Source: Octopus bimaculoides
Lineage: Eukaryota
Reading direction: 5' to 3'
DNA: 64,000 bases
Assembly: GCF_001194135.2 (NCBI RefSeq)
Contig: NC_069002.1
Coordinates: 26,559,460 to 26,623,459, forward strand
Part shown: in pieces, positions 63,645-64,000 of the stretch
Layout: each line of letters starts with the position of its first letter
How positions within the stretch are numbered: the first letter of the stretch is position 1
Program-made: the position numbers and the translations under genes
The notes under the pieces: generated by a model
The model's database searches: none
Told to the model about the DNA's origin: nothing
The model's input: only the letters and a program-made list of their open reading frames with translations

Positions 63645-64000
63645 CAGCATTGCCGCATGTCAAACGACTGAAACAAATAAAAGATTGAAAGAATATACTC
63701 ACATACATTTGCCTTCTCCTTGACTAAACTACTAAATGAAAACCTGTCTTCTGTCAGGGTTTAAGATTCACAATCATTTTATTTCCATTTTCAAAGCCAT
63801 AGATGTGAGGTAAAATAGATTTGGCTGTTATTTCTAGCAGGGTAAGAGACTAATATCTCATCAGGAATTTAACAATTCTTTAATTACTTATCCAGGTATT
63901 TCTGAAACTCTACCCTTGTTACCTGTATGTGATTACATACCTAAGTAGATACTTCAAACTATCAATCTGTGTATTAATCTGAGACATTACACACCCAAGT

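Overview
Repeat-dominated eukaryotic DNA from a draft scaffold, with about 15 N-gaps totalling roughly 7 kb. The AT richness, microsatellite density and tRNA-SINE families resemble coleoid cephalopod (Octopus-like) genomes; that assignment is inferred from repeat recognition, not from a search. No protein-coding gene can be called with confidence. Almost every ORF in the supplied track comes from microsatellites or N-gaps. The window holds: (i) many copies of several tRNA-derived SINE families, some nested, tandem or inverted; (ii) decayed transposon coding remnants, namely a Helitron-like 5' ORF, two RTE-clade RT fragments and an R4/Dong-like LINE 3' end inside an (ATT)n tract; (iii) TTAA-bounded piggyBac-type MITEs; (iv) a 31-bp minisatellite with higher-order structure; (v) a few weak candidate exons and one strong AG|GTAAGT recursive-splice-like site. 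The main unexpected signal is about ten minimal type-I hammerhead-ribozyme-like motifs (CUGANGA / hairpin II / GAAA / short palindromic stem III / UH), most carrying one or more core or stem defects. They lie in at least four different short non-coding repeat families. One is a 262-bp tRNA-headed element flanked by a 12-bp TSD; another is a three-copy family whose module order suggests a ~350-nt tandem, retrozyme-like or Penelope pLTR-like unit. All folds were derived by eye and none has been computed or tested.
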